Shown here: piece after piece, positions 62,856 through 64,000 of the stretch
How positions within the stretch are numbered: the stretch's first letter is position 1
How the letters are laid out: every line of letters starts with the position of its first letter
Assembly: GCF_001194135.2 (NCBI RefSeq)
Contig: NC_069004.1
Coordinates: 8,393,942-8,457,941 of the forward strand
DNA: 64,000 bases
Reading direction: 5' to 3'
Source: Octopus bimaculoides
Lineage: Eukaryota
Program-made: the position numbers and the translations under genes
The notes under the pieces: model-generated
Told to the model about the DNA's origin: nothing
Databases searched by the model: none
Seen by the model: only the letters and a program-made list of their open reading frames with translations

Positions 62856-64000
62856 TCACAATGATGTTGTTTTTTTCACAGTATGAATACGTTTGTGAAC
62901 AGATAATGTACTTCTGTATGAGAATGGTTTACCACAGATATCACANNNNNNNNNNNNNNNNNNNNNNNNNNNNNNNNNNNNNNNNNNNNNNNNNNNNNNN
63001 NNNNNNNNNNNNNNNNNNNNNNNNNNNNNNNNNNNNNNNNNNNNNAGTGATATGGTTTTTCTCCTGAATGAATACGTTTGTGAACAGTTAATGTGCTTCC
63101 ATCAGTGAAAGATTTACTGCAGATATTGCAGTGATAAGGTTTTTCCCCTGTATGAATACGTTTGTGAGAAATTAATGTACTTCCATCAGAAAATGATTTA
63201 CCACAGATATCACAGCGATACGGTTTTTCCCCTGTGTGAATACGTTTATGTTTAGTTAAGGAACTTCCATCATTGAATGATTTACCACAGATATCACAGG
63301 GACATACCTTCTCCCCTGTATGAATGTATATATGTTTAGTTAAAAGATAAGCTTCAGAAAATGATTTACCACAGATGTTACAGTGACATGGCTTTTCACC
63401 TATATGAAAACATATGTGCCTAATTAAGCTAGACCTCTGAGAGAATGATTTACCACAGGTATCACAGTAGTATGGTTTCTCTCCTGTATGAATACGTTTG
63501 TGTTTAGTTAATGTACTTCCATCAATGAATGATTTACCACAAGTATTACAGTGATATGGCTTCTCTCCTGTATGAATAAGTTTTTTGTGAGAAGTTACTT
63601 CACTTCCATTACTGAAAGATTTACCACAGATATCGCACTGATATGGTTTTTCTCCAGTATGAATGCGTTTGTGGGAATGCAAATGAACTTTTTGAAAGAA
63701 TGATTTTCCACAGATATCACAGTGATATGACTTCTCTCCTGTGTGAATGTTTTTGTGTTTAGTCAAATTACCTCTTTCGGAGAATGACTCACCACAAATA
63801 CTACACTCATATGGTTTCTCACCTGTATGAATACGAATGTGACTGGTGAGGCCATTCGTCTGAGAGAATGATTTACCACAGATATCACAGTGATATGGTT
63901 TTTCACCTGTATGAATACGTTTGTGACCAGTTAAGTGGCCTCTAAGGGAGAATGATTTACCACAGGTATCACATTTATAGGGTTTTACTCCAGTATGGAT
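62856..64000 (-). CDS. G11: C2H2 zinc-finger protein, C-terminal part (start beyond the window; spans a 100-N gap)
   Basis: The frame is open from 64000 ([23 protein letters not shown]...) to the gap. Left of the gap the finger frame reads [29 protein letters not shown] with TGA at 62856-62858. The track's end at 62876 is a placeholder-gap artefact. Continuity across the gap is assumed. Confidence 0.88.
62946..63045. other. Assembly gap (100 N, unknown true length) inside G11
   Basis: N run between finger repeats. Confidence 1.

Noticed and set aside
275-63067. Many plus-strand ORFs of type [12 protein letters not shown]...
   Set aside because: They are antisense shadows of the 84-bp finger repeat, always coincide with a minus-strand ZNF ORF, and have no independent signals.

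Overview
AT-rich animal genomic DNA with three assembly gaps (6883-7534, 11960-12287, 62946-63045). The repeat content and gene organisation suggest an octopod cephalopod (inference). The window is a head-to-tail tandem cluster of 11 C2H2 zinc-finger genes (G1-G11, numbered left to right), all on the minus strand and about 4-8 kb apart; G1 and G11 run off the window ends. Each unit has a conserved promoter/5' motif, a short non-coding exon 1, a 0.8-2.1 kb intron, and one large exon. That exon carries a ~300-430 nt leader, a 15-aa MDFPEEL-type start with no KRAB/BTB/ZAD/SCAN domain, 10-27 finger units and a 3' UTR made of dead fingers. All ten scorable proteins share a near-invariant finger pair (ExGNLTKH / [10 protein letters not shown]) inside otherwise shuffled arrays. 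Intergenic DNA and introns hold tRNA-derived SINEs, RTE-like tails, several MITE types, a Gypsy pol relic, and mariner and hAT fossils. The most unusual items are the constant-plus-variable finger architecture with mosaic and converted paralogues, a tRNA-headed element carrying a hammerhead-ribozyme motif, two inserts stacked at one SINE site, and foldback elements containing telomere repeats. All alignments were made by eye; no database search was run.
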